A stretch of DNA of 64,000 nt from Armatimonadota bacterium (GTDB lineage Bacteria; Armatimonadota; Fimbriimonadia; Fimbriimonadales; GBS-DC): the NCBI GenBank assembly GCA_037445735.1, contig JBBIJY010000004.1, positions 60,674 to 124,673 on the forward strand, read 5' to 3'. The translations under genes were made by a program, and so were the position numbers. Each line of letters starts with the position of its first letter. Position 1 is the stretch's first letter. Shown one piece after another: positions 45,312 through 56,365 of the stretch. Under the pieces are notes generated by a model. It was not told the origin of the DNA and searched no databases. It saw nothing but the letters and a program-made list of their open reading frames with translations.

Positions 45312-46166
45312 CTACCACTCGTCGCAATAGAATGTCCGATGGTAGCAGCGCAACAGCATGCGTCCCGTGTCGGGATCAGGACGACTGGGCCAGCCCATAA
45401 AGCTCGACTTGCCGTGATAGACCGTGCCCTGCACCAACCACACAGGCACCTGCCGTCCATCCAGCGCAACAGGGCGCGCGAGGTACTGAATGAAATCGCG
45501 TCCCTCTCTTGCGATGTCGGGTCGCAATCGGGCAGGATGGCTCTTCGCATGCGTGTCCAGCGCCACCACCTGCACCCGATCGATGCGCGACTGCCGAACT
45601 GTCTGAAAATAGAGCGATTCCACTGGCGCACCGTGCCGCGCCGAGAGCGAACTGCCCGGCTCAAACCGTGCCCGATTGCCCTCCACCAGATAGCCGTCGA
45701 ACCAGACCACGGTATCTGACGGGTAAACCATCTGGGACAGCGAAACCGCTGGCGTGTCTGGAAAGGCGATTTCGTTCACAAACAGGCACCAGTTGGGCAC
45801 GGAAGCGACCTTAAGAGGCGCTTCTGCCAGTTCCGCGTCGATGAGCGGCAAAAGCGCGGTCGTTGGAATGGGCTGCGGCTCCGCAGGGCAGAGGTAGACC
45901 GCATCGCTTTTCAGATAGGGGCGGAGAAGACCCCACACGGTTCGCAGACCCGCACCCGTGCGATAGAAGCCGAGCGCGAAGCACTCGTCGTGATCCTGGG
46001 CGTAGAGCAGGGTTGCCTGCCCGACCTGACGCAGATTGGAAAGGCACACGCTGCCATACGAAGCGCGTCGCGCCGAAAACAATACGGGTAGCAGAATCGC
46101 AATTAAAATCACGATGATCGCCACCACAGTCAGCAACTCAATCAGTGTCCAGCCAGTTGAACGCAT
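45312..46166 (-). CDS. Prepilin-type N-terminal cleavage/methylation domain protein (DUF1559-like)
   Basis: [27 protein letters not shown]...AR....C.SNLRQ.G.A...YAQD.DE, Y.CP, RH..D.HAK; GGAGGTG SD. Confidence 0.85.
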   Translation of the reverse strand: MRSTGWTLIELLTVVAIIVILIAILLPVLFSARRASYGSVCLSNLRQVGQATLLYAQDHDECFALGFYRTGAGLRTVWGLLRPYLKSDAVYLCPAEPQPIPTTALLPLIDAELAEAPLKVASVPNWCLFVNEIAFPDTPAVSLSQMVYPSDTVVWFDGYLVEGNRARFEPGSSLSARHGAPVESLYFQTVRQSRIDRVQVVALDTHAKSHPARLRPDIAREGRDFIQYLARPVALDGRQVPVWLVQGTVYHGKSSFMGWPSRPDPDTGRMLLRCYHRTFYCDEW

Positions 46167-46239
46167 GACCATCACCTCCGCCACACCTGTTTGCCGTCGC
46201 CATCGGGCAAGCCAATCCAGCGTGTTCGCACGCCGCTCA

Positions 46240-46266
46240 GTAGGGGCGTGGTCACCACACCCCTAC
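46240..46266. repeat. GTAG-type REP-like palindrome
   Basis: GTAGGGGCGTGG-TCA-CCACACCCCTAC. Confidence 0.55.
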
Positions 46267-46448
46267 CCCCATGCATTCAGCGCGTGGCAGAATGCCCGTT
46301 CTACAGGGAACGGATCGGCAGCACTCTCAGGCGATGGAGACAGGCGTGGCTTTCGAAGCGAATCTGCACATCGGAAGCGTGTTTCGATGGCGATTATCGG
46401 GATAGCTGTCAAAAATCTGGAGTCGGGGATACAGGGTACAATTGGGTT

Positions 46449-49223
46449 ATGGCGCTCAGGCAGCGGGTGGCGACAGGGCTGATTGTTTTCGCGTTGCTTC
46501 TGCTCTTCTTCGGTGGGATGCTGGTGCGGCTGTATACGGACTACCTGTGGTTTGTCCACGATGTGGGCTATCCGCAGGTGTTCGGGCGTGTGCTAAGCGC
46601 GAAGTTGACCCTCTTTCTGACGGTGAGCATCGGATTCTTTCTGTTTGCGCTGGTGAATCTGGTGGTGGCGAATCGGGTGGTGGGTTCGGTGGAGGAGCCG
46701 GCGTTTGCGCTGCGCGGGGGTCGCATTGTGCGCATCACGCGGGCGGTGCGCGTGAGCACTTTCTGGCTGCTGGTGCTGGGCGTGCTGGTCTTTGCGTTGT
46801 TTTTGGGTTTGACGGCGGTGGGCGCGTGGAACGAGTTCCTGCTGTTCCGTCATGCGCAGTTGTTCGGTGTCAAGGAGCCGCTATTCGGGCAGGATGTGGG
46901 CTTTTATGTGTTCCGCCTGCCGTTCCTGTCGTTCCTGACGGGGCTGATGGTATTCGCCACGCTCGCGGTGCTGGTGGGCATCGGCAGTTTTTACTATTTC
47001 AATCGGGCGCTGGGCTGGCTGGGGGGTATGCCCACCTTCCTGCCGTCGGTGAAGCCCCACCTGCTGATACTGGCGACGCTCTTTCTGCTGACCTTCGCCT
47101 GGTATCTGTGGCTGGGGCGTTATGATCTGGTCTTCTCGGATCATGACCAGTTCTTTGGCGCGGGCTACACCGATGTGCATGCCACTTTACCCATTCTGAA
47201 CCTGACAGTGTTCGGGTTGCTGATCGCGGCGGTGCTGTGCCTGATCAGCCTGCGCCCGGGCGCGGGTCTGTTGCTGCCCGTGGGCGGTTTTGGGGCAGTG
47301 ATCCTGTTCTGGGTGGTCGCCAGCATGTTCTATCCGCCGATGGTGCAGCGCTTTGTGGTGGTGCCGAACCAGCTGGAGCGGGAGCGTCCCTATATCGAGC
47401 GCCATCTGGAGTTCACCCGCCGCGCCTATCAGCTGGACCGGGTGAAGGTGCGCACGATGAATGTGCGGGAGGAGCTGACCGCAGCGGACCTGCGGGGTGC
47501 GCAAGGCTCGCTGGAGAACCTGCGCCTGTGGGACTATCGCCCACTGAGTCAGGTCTACAATAGCCTGCAGGCGCTCAAGCCCTACTACCGCTTCGTGGAT
47601 ATCGATGTCGACCGCTATCGGATTGAGGGCAAGGTTCGGCAGGTGCTGCTGTCGGTGCGCGAGCTGAATCTGGAGGGTCTGCCAGCGGAAGCCCAGCGCT
47701 GGCAGAACCTGCACCTGCTTTACACGCACGGCTATGGGCTGGTGATGAACCCGGTCAACGCGGCGACCAGCGAGGGTCAACCGCTGCTGCTGATTCGTGA
47801 TCTACCGCCCGTGACCCCGCCTGACATCCCGCTCAAGAACCCCGCCGTCTACTTCGGGGAGAATATCACGCAATATGCCATCGTGCGCTCGCGCCTGAAG
47901 GAGCTGGACTACCCGATGCTGACAGGCAGCGGCAGCGAAGAGAATGTCTACACCACCTATGCGGGCGATGGTGGCGTGCCGATTGGCGGCTTCCTCTCAC
48001 GGCTGATGTTCGCCATCCGCCTGCAGGATTCGAACCTGTTGCTCTCACGCGACCTGACGGCGGAGTCACGCCTGCTGTTCCGTCGCCATATCGCGGAGCG
48101 CGTGCGCGCCCTGTTCCCCTTCTTTCTGTGGGATGACGATGCCTACCCTGTGATCGCCGATGGCGAGATCGTCTGGGTGTACGACGGCTACACCTGCAGC
48201 CGCAACTATCCCTACAGCAAGCCCTTCCTCTCGGCGGATCAGCGCCTGCGCCAATTCAACTACCTGCGCAACTCCGTCAAGGTCACCATCCACGCCTACA
48301 CGGGTGAGGTGAACGCCTATATTGCCGATGAGAGCGACCCCATCATCCGTGCCTATCGTCAGGCATTTCCGGGCTTGTTCAAGCCGCTCGATGCGATGCC
48401 TGCCGCGCTGCGGTCCCATATCCGCTATCCGCTCGATCTCTTCTCGGTGCAGGCACGGCTGCTGGAACTCTATCACACCACTGATGCGCGCATCTTCTTC
48501 AATAAAGAGGACGCCTGGCAGGTGGCACGCGAGGTGCTGGTCAATGAGGAGCCGAAGCCGATGGTGCCCTACTATGTGATGATGCAGCCGCCGGGCGAAT
48601 CGGAGCCACGCTATATGCTGACCCTGCCCTTCACGCCGCTCAACCGCGATAACCTGGTCGGCTGGCTGGCAGCGCACTGCGACCCTGACCGCTATGGCGA
48701 GCTGATCCTTTATCGTTTCCCGAAGGAGCGACTGGTGTACGGACCCGCTCAGATCGAAGCCCGCATCAATCAGAATCCTGAAATCGCGCAGCAGCTCAAT
48801 CTCTGGAACCAGCAGGGTTCGCGCGTGTTTCGGGGCAATCTGCTGGTCATTCCGCTGGGCAACTCGATGCTTTATTTTGAGCCGATCTATCTGCAGGCGG
48901 CGTATGAGGCGGCGATCCCCGAACTGAAGAAGGTGATTTTAGCCAGTGGCAGTCGCGTGGTGATGACGGACACGGTGGAGGAGGGTCTGGCTCAATTGCT
49001 GGGCGAGGCGAAGCCGTCGCCGGGTGTTCGTCGCCCGCCGGGTGCAACCGCCCCGGCGCCGACGCCCTTTCCGACAACCGACATGCGTGCGCTGGTTCAG
49101 CAGGCGAACCGGGTCTATCGCGAGGCGCAGGACGCGCTCAAGCAGGGCGACTGGGCAACCTACGGCGCCCGCATGAAAACGCTCGAACAGCTCCTGCGCC
49201 AGATGGAGCAGCTGTCACGATGA
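46449..49223 (+). CDS. UPF0182 family membrane protein
   Basis: YTDYLWF..VGY..VF, D.GFYVF.LP, GAGYTD, DVDRY, YTHGYG, NY.RNSVK, GP.QI motifs; ATG 46449 follows TACAAT. Confidence 0.92.
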   Translation: MALRQRVATGLIVFALLLLFFGGMLVRLYTDYLWFVHDVGYPQVFGRVLSAKLTLFLTVSIGFFLFALVNLVVANRVVGSVEEPAFALRGGRIVRITRAVRVSTFWLLVLGVLVFALFLGLTAVGAWNEFLLFRHAQLFGVKEPLFGQDVGFYVFRLPFLSFLTGLMVFATLAVLVGIGSFYYFNRALGWLGGMPTFLPSVKPHLLILATLFLLTFAWYLWLGRYDLVFSDHDQFFGAGYTDVHATLPILNLTVFGLLIAAVLCLISLRPGAGLLLPVGGFGAVILFWVVASMFYPPMVQRFVVVPNQLERERPYIERHLEFTRRAYQLDRVKVRTMNVREELTAADLRGAQGSLENLRLWDYRPLSQVYNSLQALKPYYRFVDIDVDRYRIEGKVRQVLLSVRELNLEGLPAEAQRWQNLHLLYTHGYGLVMNPVNAATSEGQPLLLIRDLPPVTPPDIPLKNPAVYFGENITQYAIVRSRLKELDYPMLTGSGSEENVYTTYAGDGGVPIGGFLSRLMFAIRLQDSNLLLSRDLTAESRLLFRRHIAERVRALFPFFLWDDDAYPVIADGEIVWVYDGYTCSRNYPYSKPFLSADQRLRQFNYLRNSVKVTIHAYTGEVNAYIADESDPIIRAYRQAFPGLFKPLDAMPAALRSHIRYPLDLFSVQARLLELYHTTDARIFFNKEDAWQVAREVLVNEEPKPMVPYYVMMQPPGESEPRYMLTLPFTPLNRDNLVGWLAAHCDPDRYGELILYRFPKERLVYGPAQIEARINQNPEIAQQLNLWNQQGSRVFRGNLLVIPLGNSMLYFEPIYLQAAYEAAIPELKKVILASGSRVVMTDTVEEGLAQLLGEAKPSPGVRRPPGATAPAPTPFPTTDMRALVQQANRVYREAQDALKQGDWATYGARMKTLEQLLRQMEQLSR

Positions 49224-50002
49224 GATGCCATGCTTTCTGCGCCTATGGCGCCCAGCAGGTTCTGGATGCGTTGCCCGTGCTGGAACGCCCGCCGTTGCTG
49301 GATGAGACGGCGACCCTTCGGCGGGCAGCGGTGCGCCTGCAGGCGTGCCTGACGCTGTTTTATCCATGTTATCCGCCCACGCGCGTAGCGTTCTGGAAGC
49401 GTCGCCTGCGTCGCCTGATCCGCGCCCTGAACGCCCTGCGCGACTGCCAGCGCCTGCTGACGCTGATCCCCGACGGGCGCGTCCACCTGCGCCTGCAACA
49501 GCGCGTTGAAAGGCTCTTCAGCAAGGCGCAACTGGCATGGCGCCAGCTGCGAAAGGATTATGTGCCCAACGAGATTCGGGGTCTATCCCAGCGGCTTGCC
49601 CAATCGTCCGCTCAACCCGTCACGGAGGAGCTGCTGAACCATGCCCGCGCCCGCTGGCAGGAACTCGCACGGGTGAATCGGGAGGCGTTCGAGAGCGAAG
49701 GGCAGAGCCTGGAAGACGTGTGGGGACGGCTCCAGCTGATGGCAGAAGTGGCGGAGATGCTTCAACCGCTGCTGGGTCCGGAAATCCCGCTGGACGAACT
49801 TCGCGCCCGCTACAGCCAGCTCGACGACCTGCGCTTTTGCGAACGCGCCCGCGCCCTGCTCATCGAACTCAAAGAGCAGGAGCGCGCGCTGACCCTCCAC
49901 TACCACGGCTCCCTGCGCGGCTTCAAGCGCATCGAACAGGAGTTTGACAGGTGGATTGCGCAATTCAGCGAGGCTTCAGCAATCCACCAGTGTCCACGCT
50001 GA
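49220..50002 (+). CDS. CHAD-domain-like protein (degenerate)
   Basis: LRRAAVRLQA.L..F and LRRL.RAL..LRD helical pattern; ATGA overlap with the upstream gene. Confidence 0.5.
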   Translation: MRCHAFCAYGAQQVLDALPVLERPPLLDETATLRRAAVRLQACLTLFYPCYPPTRVAFWKRRLRRLIRALNALRDCQRLLTLIPDGRVHLRLQQRVERLFSKAQLAWRQLRKDYVPNEIRGLSQRLAQSSAQPVTEELLNHARARWQELARVNREAFESEGQSLEDVWGRLQLMAEVAEMLQPLLGPEIPLDELRARYSQLDDLRFCERARALLIELKEQERALTLHYHGSLRGFKRIEQEFDRWIAQFSEASAIHQCPR

Positions 50003-50012
50003 GGGACAGCCC

Positions 50013-52016
50013 TCACAGATACTTCGCCCACCATTCCAGGTAGCGTTGGAGGCGGTCGGCGCGGAGGTCGGGCGGACCGCTGCGTGATAGCCCGTGGCTG
50101 GTCTCCTGCGGGTAGCGCACATAGACCACCTCGCGTCCGAGCCGTTTGAGCGCGGCGAAGAGCTGGTCGGCTTCGCTGATGGGGCAGCGCAGGTCGCCCT
50201 CGCTATGCACGATCAGCAGCGGCGTGCGGATGCGCCCCGCGTACGCCAGCGGCGAACGCTCCCACAGCTTCTGCGGTTCGTCCCAGAAGTTGCCCTGCCA
50301 GTAGCGGTTGGGAATCATCGGGAAGTCGGAGGTGCCGCCCATGCTCACCAGGTTCACCACGCTGCGGTCGGTGATGGCGGCTTTGAAGCGGTCGGTGTGC
50401 CCTACAATCCAGTTGGTCATATAGCCGCCGTAGCTGCCGCCCGCCACGCCCATCCGTTCAGGGTCAACGAACGGCAGGCTTGCCAGATAGTCCGCCACAT
50501 GCATCAGGTCGCGGAAGTCGCGATTGCCCCAATCGCCCTTGATGGCGCGGGCGAACGCCTCGCCATAGCCCCAGCTGCCGCGCGGGTTCGTATATGCCAC
50601 CACATAGCCCTGTGCCGCCGTCAGCTGGAACTCATGGAAGAAGACGCGCCCGTACTGCGCGTGTGGTCCGCCGTGAATCATCAGGATGGTCGGATAGCGG
50701 CGCGAGGGGTCAAAATCGGGCGGCTTGAGCAACCAGCCGTGAATTTTTACGCCATCGTCCGCCTCCACCTCGAACTCTTCGGGCGGCACGACCTGCACCT
50801 CGTCCAGCAAAGGCTGATTGAGCGCGGTCAGCGGGCGAAGGGTGAGCGTGTTGCCCTGCAGAGTGCCAGCGTACACCTCGTGCGGGGCGGTTGGCGTGCC
50901 GTAGAGCAGGGCGAAGCGTGTTTCGTCCTGCGCCAGCGAAAAATCGGCGACTTCGAAATCACCTTCCAGCAGCCGCTCCACACGCGAGCCGTTCCCATCG
51001 ACGCGATAGGGATAGACCCCGCCCCGCTCGCTGACGAGGAAGTAGAGCCGCTGGCTGTCCGCGCTCCAGTAGAACCCATTGCCACCGCCGAACTCGCGCA
51101 CATCGGTGAGCGTCGCGACGCCAATCAGGTTATCCAGTTCGGGCGTGAGGTTGGTCGCGTCGCCGCCTGCGGGCGATACGCGCCAGAGATGATCACAGCG
51201 GGGATAAGGGTCATCGGGATAGGTGTGTCCCAGATATGCCAGATAGCGTCCGTCGGGCGACCAGCGCAGGGCGTACTTCGGACCTTCAGGTGCCTCCACC
51301 CGCTGAAGCTCGCCGCCCTCCGCCGAAATCAGCCAGATGTCGATGCGGCTCGGATCGTTATCAGGGTCGGGGCGGCGGTTCGACAGAAAGGCTATCTGTC
51401 TGCCATCGGGCGACCAGGTTGGGCTGTACTCCTCATAGGCGGGGTCGGTGGTGAGCGGTTTCGTTTCGCCCGTGCGCACATCGACCACATAGAGGTGATA
51501 GCGCTGGTCGACGAACGCGCCATCGCCGTCCAGTCGCCAGTAGGCGCGGGTGATGACGCGCGGCGGGTTCGAGAAGCCCTTTTCCCTGCGCTCTTTGACC
51601 GCCTGCTCGCGCCATTCAGGGGCGGTCGCGCGATAGGTGAAGGCGATTCGGGTGCCGTCGGGCGACCAGACAATCTCGCCGATGCTGCCCTCCTCGAGGT
51701 TGGTGATGGGACGCGCCTCGCCGCCGTCGACAGGGATCAGATAAATCTGCGTTTTGGGCTTCTGGCGATTGCTGACGAAGGCGATTTGCCTGCCGTCAGG
51801 CGACCAGCGCGGCTGCGAATCGCTCCACTCGCCACAGGTAAAGGCGCGCGCCTCGCCGCCCTCAAACGGCGCCAGCCACAGGTTGGAGAAGTACTTGTTC
51901 TTCTCCGCATCGATCCACTTCTGCACGAACACCACCCGGCTGCCGTCGGGCGCGATCTGCGGGCTACCCAGCAGCCGAATGCGGAACAGGTCCTCAATCG
52001 TGATTTTGCGCTTCAT
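50013..52016 (-). CDS. S9 family peptidase (acylaminoacyl/dipeptidyl peptidase) with TolB-like propeller
   Basis: ITIEDL, WSPDG repeats, IHGGPH, GGSYGG (Ser), D.RCP (Asp), SHG (His). Confidence 0.93.
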   Translation of the reverse strand: MKRKITIEDLFRIRLLGSPQIAPDGSRVVFVQKWIDAEKNKYFSNLWLAPFEGGEARAFTCGEWSDSQPRWSPDGRQIAFVSNRQKPKTQIYLIPVDGGEARPITNLEEGSIGEIVWSPDGTRIAFTYRATAPEWREQAVKERREKGFSNPPRVITRAYWRLDGDGAFVDQRYHLYVVDVRTGETKPLTTDPAYEEYSPTWSPDGRQIAFLSNRRPDPDNDPSRIDIWLISAEGGELQRVEAPEGPKYALRWSPDGRYLAYLGHTYPDDPYPRCDHLWRVSPAGGDATNLTPELDNLIGVATLTDVREFGGGNGFYWSADSQRLYFLVSERGGVYPYRVDGNGSRVERLLEGDFEVADFSLAQDETRFALLYGTPTAPHEVYAGTLQGNTLTLRPLTALNQPLLDEVQVVPPEEFEVEADDGVKIHGWLLKPPDFDPSRRYPTILMIHGGPHAQYGRVFFHEFQLTAAQGYVVAYTNPRGSWGYGEAFARAIKGDWGNRDFRDLMHVADYLASLPFVDPERMGVAGGSYGGYMTNWIVGHTDRFKAAITDRSVVNLVSMGGTSDFPMIPNRYWQGNFWDEPQKLWERSPLAYAGRIRTPLLIVHSEGDLRCPISEADQLFAALKRLGREVVYVRYPQETSHGLSRSGPPDLRADRLQRYLEWWAKYL

Positions 52017-52070
52017 CTCATCCCGATTATACTCACGGGACGGTATAATTCCTGCAGAGGAGTGGATCCG

Positions 52071-52361
52071 ATGAAAACCATCACGATCGAGGTGCCGGAT
52101 GAGGTGTATCAGGCGTGTGAGGAGATGGCTCGCCAGCAGGGGCGCCCGGTGGAGGCGCTTGTGCTGGAGTTCGTGCTGGAGCATCGATTCAAACCGCAAC
52201 CGCAGCCGGTAGAGGATGAGCGCAAAGCCGCCTGGGAACGGCTGATGCGTCATATGGGCGCTCAAAATTTAGGCTATCCTACTGGCGCTGATAACGAAAG
52301 CATCGACGCTGACCTGGTGCGGGAGTACGGGCGTAGTCACGAAGAGGATAACCGATGCTGA
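52071..52361 (+). CDS. Putative antitoxin (VapB-like)
   Basis: MKTITIEVPDEVY..A...GR.VE ribbon-helix-helix-like start; DNESIDADL..EY tail; GAGGAG SD; overlaps the PIN gene. Confidence 0.7.
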   Translation: MKTITIEVPDEVYQACEEMARQQGRPVEALVLEFVLEHRFKPQPQPVEDERKAAWERLMRHMGAQNLGYPTGADNESIDADLVREYGRSHEEDNRC

Positions 52362-52609
52362 TAGACACCTCCGGGCTGCTTTGTTGCCATCATCGGGGCG
52401 AGCCGCAGCACGCGGATGCTGTCGCGTTATTCAAGACGGCTCGTCAGAGGTTAATTCATAACTACATCCTGGCAGAGTTTATTCCCCTGTGCCGCGTACG
52501 CGGACTGAACATGAAGGCGGTGCTGGATTTCATGGTAGACCTGCTGGATAACCCGCATGTAGAAGTCGTCTGGGTGGACAGGCGGCTGCACCAGAGCGCG
52601 ATCGATTAG
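52355..52609 (+). pseudogene. vapC: Truncated VapC/PIN-domain toxin
   Basis: MLIDTS..H..A and ILAEF N-terminal half present; ends at 84 aa, before the C-terminal acidic PIN residues. Confidence 0.7.
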
Positions 52610-52615
52610 ACAGCG

Positions 52616-53527
52616 ATGTCGAGCCGAAAGCGGATTGTTGTTGTCGGCAGTGCGAACACCGATCTGGTGGTGCAGGTGCCGTCGATCCCTGCGCCAGGTG
52701 AGACGGTGCTGGGCGGCGCATTGCGTGTGGTGGCGGGTGGCAAGGGGGCCAATCAGGCGGTGGCTGCCGCGCGGCTGGGCGCACAGGTGTGCTTCATCGG
52801 CTGTATCGGGCAGGATCAGTTCGGCGAGCAGACCCTGCAGAACCTGCAGCGAGAGGGCATCGACACGCGCTATCTGGTGCGCACGGCGGATCATCCATCG
52901 GGTGTCGCGCTGATTGCGGTCTCGGAGCGGGGCGAGAACGCGATTGTGGTCGCGCCCGGCGCGAACATGGCGCTCCGTCCGCAGCAGGTTGAAGCGGCAG
53001 CGCCCGCGATTGCGGAAGCCGATGCGGTGATTGCCCAGCTGGAGGTTCCGTTAGAGGCGGTGGAGGTGGCGGCGCAGATCGCAAGGCGGCATGGTGTGCC
53101 CTTCATTTTGAACCCCGCACCGGCGCGCCCGTTGCCCGTCGAGTTGCTGCGCCAGACGGCGGTGCTGATCCCCAACGAGACGGAGGCACGCCAGCTGACC
53201 GGTGTGGACGAGCAGACCGATGAGCGGGAAATCTTACGCCGATTGCTGGAATGGGGCTGTCCGACGGTGGTCATCACGCTGGGCGCACGCGGTGCCCTCT
53301 ACGGCACTGCCGAAGCGGTTCATCATCAGCCTGCCCTGGCAGTGCAGGCGGTGGACAGCACGGCAGCGGGCGACGCCTTCGTGGCAGGCTTCACCGTCGC
53401 GCTGACCGAAGGTAAACCCCTGCATGAGGCGGTTCGGTTCGGGCAGTGTGCGGCTGCCGTTGCCGTAACGCGCTGGGGCGCCCAGCCCTCGTTGCCGAGC
53501 CGTGAAGAGGTCGAACGCCTCTATTAG
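52616..53527 (+). CDS. rbsK: Ribokinase
   Basis: [43 protein letters not shown]. Confidence 0.93.
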   Translation: MSSRKRIVVVGSANTDLVVQVPSIPAPGETVLGGALRVVAGGKGANQAVAAARLGAQVCFIGCIGQDQFGEQTLQNLQREGIDTRYLVRTADHPSGVALIAVSERGENAIVVAPGANMALRPQQVEAAAPAIAEADAVIAQLEVPLEAVEVAAQIARRHGVPFILNPAPARPLPVELLRQTAVLIPNETEARQLTGVDEQTDEREILRRLLEWGCPTVVITLGARGALYGTAEAVHHQPALAVQAVDSTAAGDAFVAGFTVALTEGKPLHEAVRFGQCAAAVAVTRWGAQPSLPSREEVERLY

Positions 53528-54693
53528 CTGTCCTGCAACACTGCCACGCCGGGCAGTTCGCGCCCCTCAAGGAACTCCAGCGCCGCGCCGCCGCCCGTGG
53601 AGATATGGGTGATGCGGTTCGCGAAGCCCAGTTGCTCGGCGGCGGCAGCGGTGTCGCCCCCACCGAGGATGGAGATGGCGTCCGATTCAGCGACCGCCTG
53701 CAGCACCGCGCGCGTGCCCTGCGCGAACGGCGCCCGCTCGAACAGCCCCAGCGGTCCGTTCCACACGATGGTTCTCGCCGTGCGGATTATCTCCCTGAAG
53801 CGGGCGACCGTTTCGGGACCGATGTCCAGCCCCATCTGGTCGGGCGGAATGGCATCGACGGGCACAATCTGCCATCTCTCCGATTCGGGCGCGGGCGCCA
53901 CCACCACATCGACGGGCAGCACCATCTTATCGCCTGCCTGCTGCAGAACCTGTCGCGCGAACTCAAGGCTATCGGCATCCAGCAGGGAGCGCCCGATCCC
54001 GTAGCCCTGCGCTTTGAGAAAGGTGAATGCCATTCCGCCCCCAATCAGCAGCCGATCCACCTTCGGCAGAAGGTTCTGGATCACGCCGATTTTGTCGTGC
54101 ACCTTCGCGCCGCCCAGAATGGCGATGAAGGGGCGTGCGGGGCTGGCGAGCGCATGGCTGAGGTAGCGCAGCTCCTTTTCCATCAGCAGTCCTGCGACGG
54201 CAGGCAGGTAGTGTGCCACGCCCTCAGTGGAGGCGTGCGCTCGATGTGCCGAGCCGAAGGCGTCGTTCACATAAATCTCGCCCAGCCGCGCCAGCGCCTG
54301 CGCAAAGGCAGGATCGTTCGCCTCCTCTTCAGGGTGGAAGCGCAGGTTCTCCAGTAGGATCACTTCGCCGGGCGCCGCTGCCTGCACCGCCTGCTCCACC
54401 GCGTCGCCGATGCAATCATCCAGAAAGCGCACGGGGCGACCGAGCAGCTCGCTCAGCCGTTGCGCCACGGGTCGCAGCGAATATTGTGGGTCGCGCCGCC
54501 CCTTCGGGCGACCGAGATGCGACATCAGGATCACCGTCGCACCCTGCTCCAGCAGATATTGAATCGTCGGCAGCGCTTCACGAATGCGACGGTCGTCGGT
54601 GATCTGCCCATCCTGAATGGGCACATTGAAATCGACGCGCACCAGCACACGCTTGCCCTGCACCGCAATATCGCGAACGGTCTTCTTCATCAT
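53524..54693 (-). CDS. pgk: Phosphoglycerate kinase
   Basis: [46 protein letters not shown]. Confidence 0.97.
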   Translation of the reverse strand: MMKKTVRDIAVQGKRVLVRVDFNVPIQDGQITDDRRIREALPTIQYLLEQGATVILMSHLGRPKGRRDPQYSLRPVAQRLSELLGRPVRFLDDCIGDAVEQAVQAAAPGEVILLENLRFHPEEEANDPAFAQALARLGEIYVNDAFGSAHRAHASTEGVAHYLPAVAGLLMEKELRYLSHALASPARPFIAILGGAKVHDKIGVIQNLLPKVDRLLIGGGMAFTFLKAQGYGIGRSLLDADSLEFARQVLQQAGDKMVLPVDVVVAPAPESERWQIVPVDAIPPDQMGLDIGPETVARFREIIRTARTIVWNGPLGLFERAPFAQGTRAVLQAVAESDAISILGGGDTAAAAEQLGFANRITHISTGGGAALEFLEGRELPGVAVLQDS

Positions 54694-55190
54694 TTTGCCT
54701 CCTTCAGTGCGGCGTACATCGCGCGGATGTATTGAATCTGTCCGGCGTGGTAGAGGTCGTGTTCTGCCAGCATCAGGAACAGGTCGCCGGTGGGCATGCG
54801 TCCGCCGCCCCAGTAGGGTCGCTCCAGTTGCAGGTCGTCGTCGGTCAGTGGCGCGAGCGCATCGAGGCTGGTTTCGTAGCCTTCCTGCGCGATTTGCAGG
54901 GCGGCGTTCAGGTCGCCTCCCATCGCCCGGAAGCGGTGTTCCATCGCGTTCCAGTCGACTGCGCCCTCGCCGAAGGCGGTGGAAATCTGCACGATTTTAT
55001 CGGCGCCCAGATGAAAAATGATTTTCAGGATGGAGCCGTCCGCCCAGCGGAATCCTCTGTAGCCTGCTGGGGGCTTCCAGAGCGCCTCTTCGGGCGTCAG
55101 CCCTTTGACCGCCGTTTTGAAGCTGTGCCAGCGGCTGCCCTCATAAGCCTGGATGAGCAGCTCCTTCAGAAAGTTCACATGCGCCCGCAT
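54690..55190 (-). CDS. DinB family protein
   Basis: GLTPEEA.W.P, SI..II.H and HD.YHAGQI motifs. Confidence 0.8.
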   Translation of the reverse strand: MRAHVNFLKELLIQAYEGSRWHSFKTAVKGLTPEEALWKPPAGYRGFRWADGSILKIIFHLGADKIVQISTAFGEGAVDWNAMEHRFRAMGGDLNAALQIAQEGYETSLDALAPLTDDDLQLERPYWGGGRMPTGDLFLMLAEHDLYHAGQIQYIRAMYAALKEAK

Positions 55191-55199
55191 TGTTCGCTC

Positions 55200-56006
55200 C
55201 TATGCCAGTGGAATGTTGTGCTGACGCGCCGCCAGCAGCAGATGTTCGCGCAGCGCGTCCTGCACAATTGTACCCTGCTGGTTGACCGCGCGCCCCTCGA
55301 TGCGGAACAGGTAGCGGTTGCTCTCCAGCGAGGCGGGTCCCTGCACGCTCAGGGGTGTGCGCAGCGCGGGATGCTGGAACGATTCGACGGTGCGCTGCAG
55401 CCATTCGCGCGCGGCGGGCAGTTCCATCGTGCTGGCGATACCCACCTCCAGCACCAGCCGCCGCTCGCCCCGACTGTGATTGATCACGCGATTGATGTCG
55501 CCGTTAGCAATCGTGACCAGTCGTCCTTCGTCGTCGCGCAGGCGGGTAATGCGCATGCCCATCGTCTCCACCGTGCCGCTGATGCCGTCCACCGTGACAT
55601 ATTCGCCCACTGCGAACTGGTCTTCGAGCAGAATGAAGAAGCCGTTGATGAGGTCGCGCACGAGCCGTTGTGCCCCGAAGCTGATTGCCAGCCCTGTGAT
55701 GCCCGCTGTCGCCAGCACGGGTCCCAGATTGACGCCGAACACGCTCAGGATGGTCAGCAGCGCCACAAAGAGCAGGGTGTAGTTGAGGATGCTGATGAGC
55801 AGGGCGGTGAGGGTCTGAAGCTGGGCGGCGCGTCGCTCGGACACCTCGAAGCGACGCTGGAGGGCGTTCAGGGCTGCCATAATCGCGCGCACCATCAGCC
55901 AGCGTACAATCAGCACCAGCGCCACAACCAGCGCGATTTTCAGCGCCCCTGTCAGCACTGGCTCCGACCATCGCTCCCACAGAGTGCCCAGCCTTTCTAT
56001 CATCAT
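55200..56006 (-). CDS. mscS: Small-conductance mechanosensitive channel
   Basis: AGI.GLAISFGAQ.LVRD...GFFILLEDQF.VG, G.VE.M..R.T, I.NG motifs. Confidence 0.9.
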   Translation of the reverse strand: MMIERLGTLWERWSEPVLTGALKIALVVALVLIVRWLMVRAIMAALNALQRRFEVSERRAAQLQTLTALLISILNYTLLFVALLTILSVFGVNLGPVLATAGITGLAISFGAQRLVRDLINGFFILLEDQFAVGEYVTVDGISGTVETMGMRITRLRDDEGRLVTIANGDINRVINHSRGERRLVLEVGIASTMELPAAREWLQRTVESFQHPALRTPLSVQGPASLESNRYLFRIEGRAVNQQGTIVQDALREHLLLAARQHNIPLA

Positions 56007-56065
56007 CTAAGGATACCCTGATGGTGCCGTTCGGCAGGCAAATGGGGTATTATAAAGAGGTGGCT

Positions 56066-56365
56066 ATGCCGAAAAACAGGGTGATGTATCTTGGGGTGCT
56101 GGTGCTGTCGGCATCGGTGCTGCTCTATCTGGGCGCGGTGCTGCTGAACTATATCCAGTGGTTTTTGCCCTGGAGCGCGGGTGCGGGCGTCGCGCTGATC
56201 CTGATCGGGCTGGCGATGGAGCTGCGCAAAAGCGCGAAGGCGAAGGCGGCGACAGAAGCGGCTGCGTCGATGCCCGTTAGCAGTGATGCGACGGCGAATG
56301 CGCCCGCCGCTGAGACCAGCACGACGCAAGCCGATAGCAGCAGTTCACAGGAGGGGCGCGAATGA
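56066..56365 (+). CDS. Small two-TM hypothetical protein
   Basis: Two hydrophobic helices and an Ala/Ser-rich tail; GAGG SD. Confidence 0.65.
   Translation: MPKNRVMYLGVLVLSASVLLYLGAVLLNYIQWFLPWSAGAGVALILIGLAMELRKSAKAKAATEAAASMPVSSDATANAPAAETSTTQADSSSSQEGRE

Noticed and set aside
46270-46440. Possible glycine or TPP riboswitch (CTCTCAGG on +, CTGAGAG on -)
   Set aside because: The other conserved core elements (GGAGA..CCGAAG; GAACCTGAT..AGGGA) are missing. An Rfam scan would settle it.
50094-52361. 755-aa plus-strand ORF
   Set aside because: Antisense shadow of the S9 peptidase; only the last 96 aa (from ATG 52071, with SD) look like a real gene.
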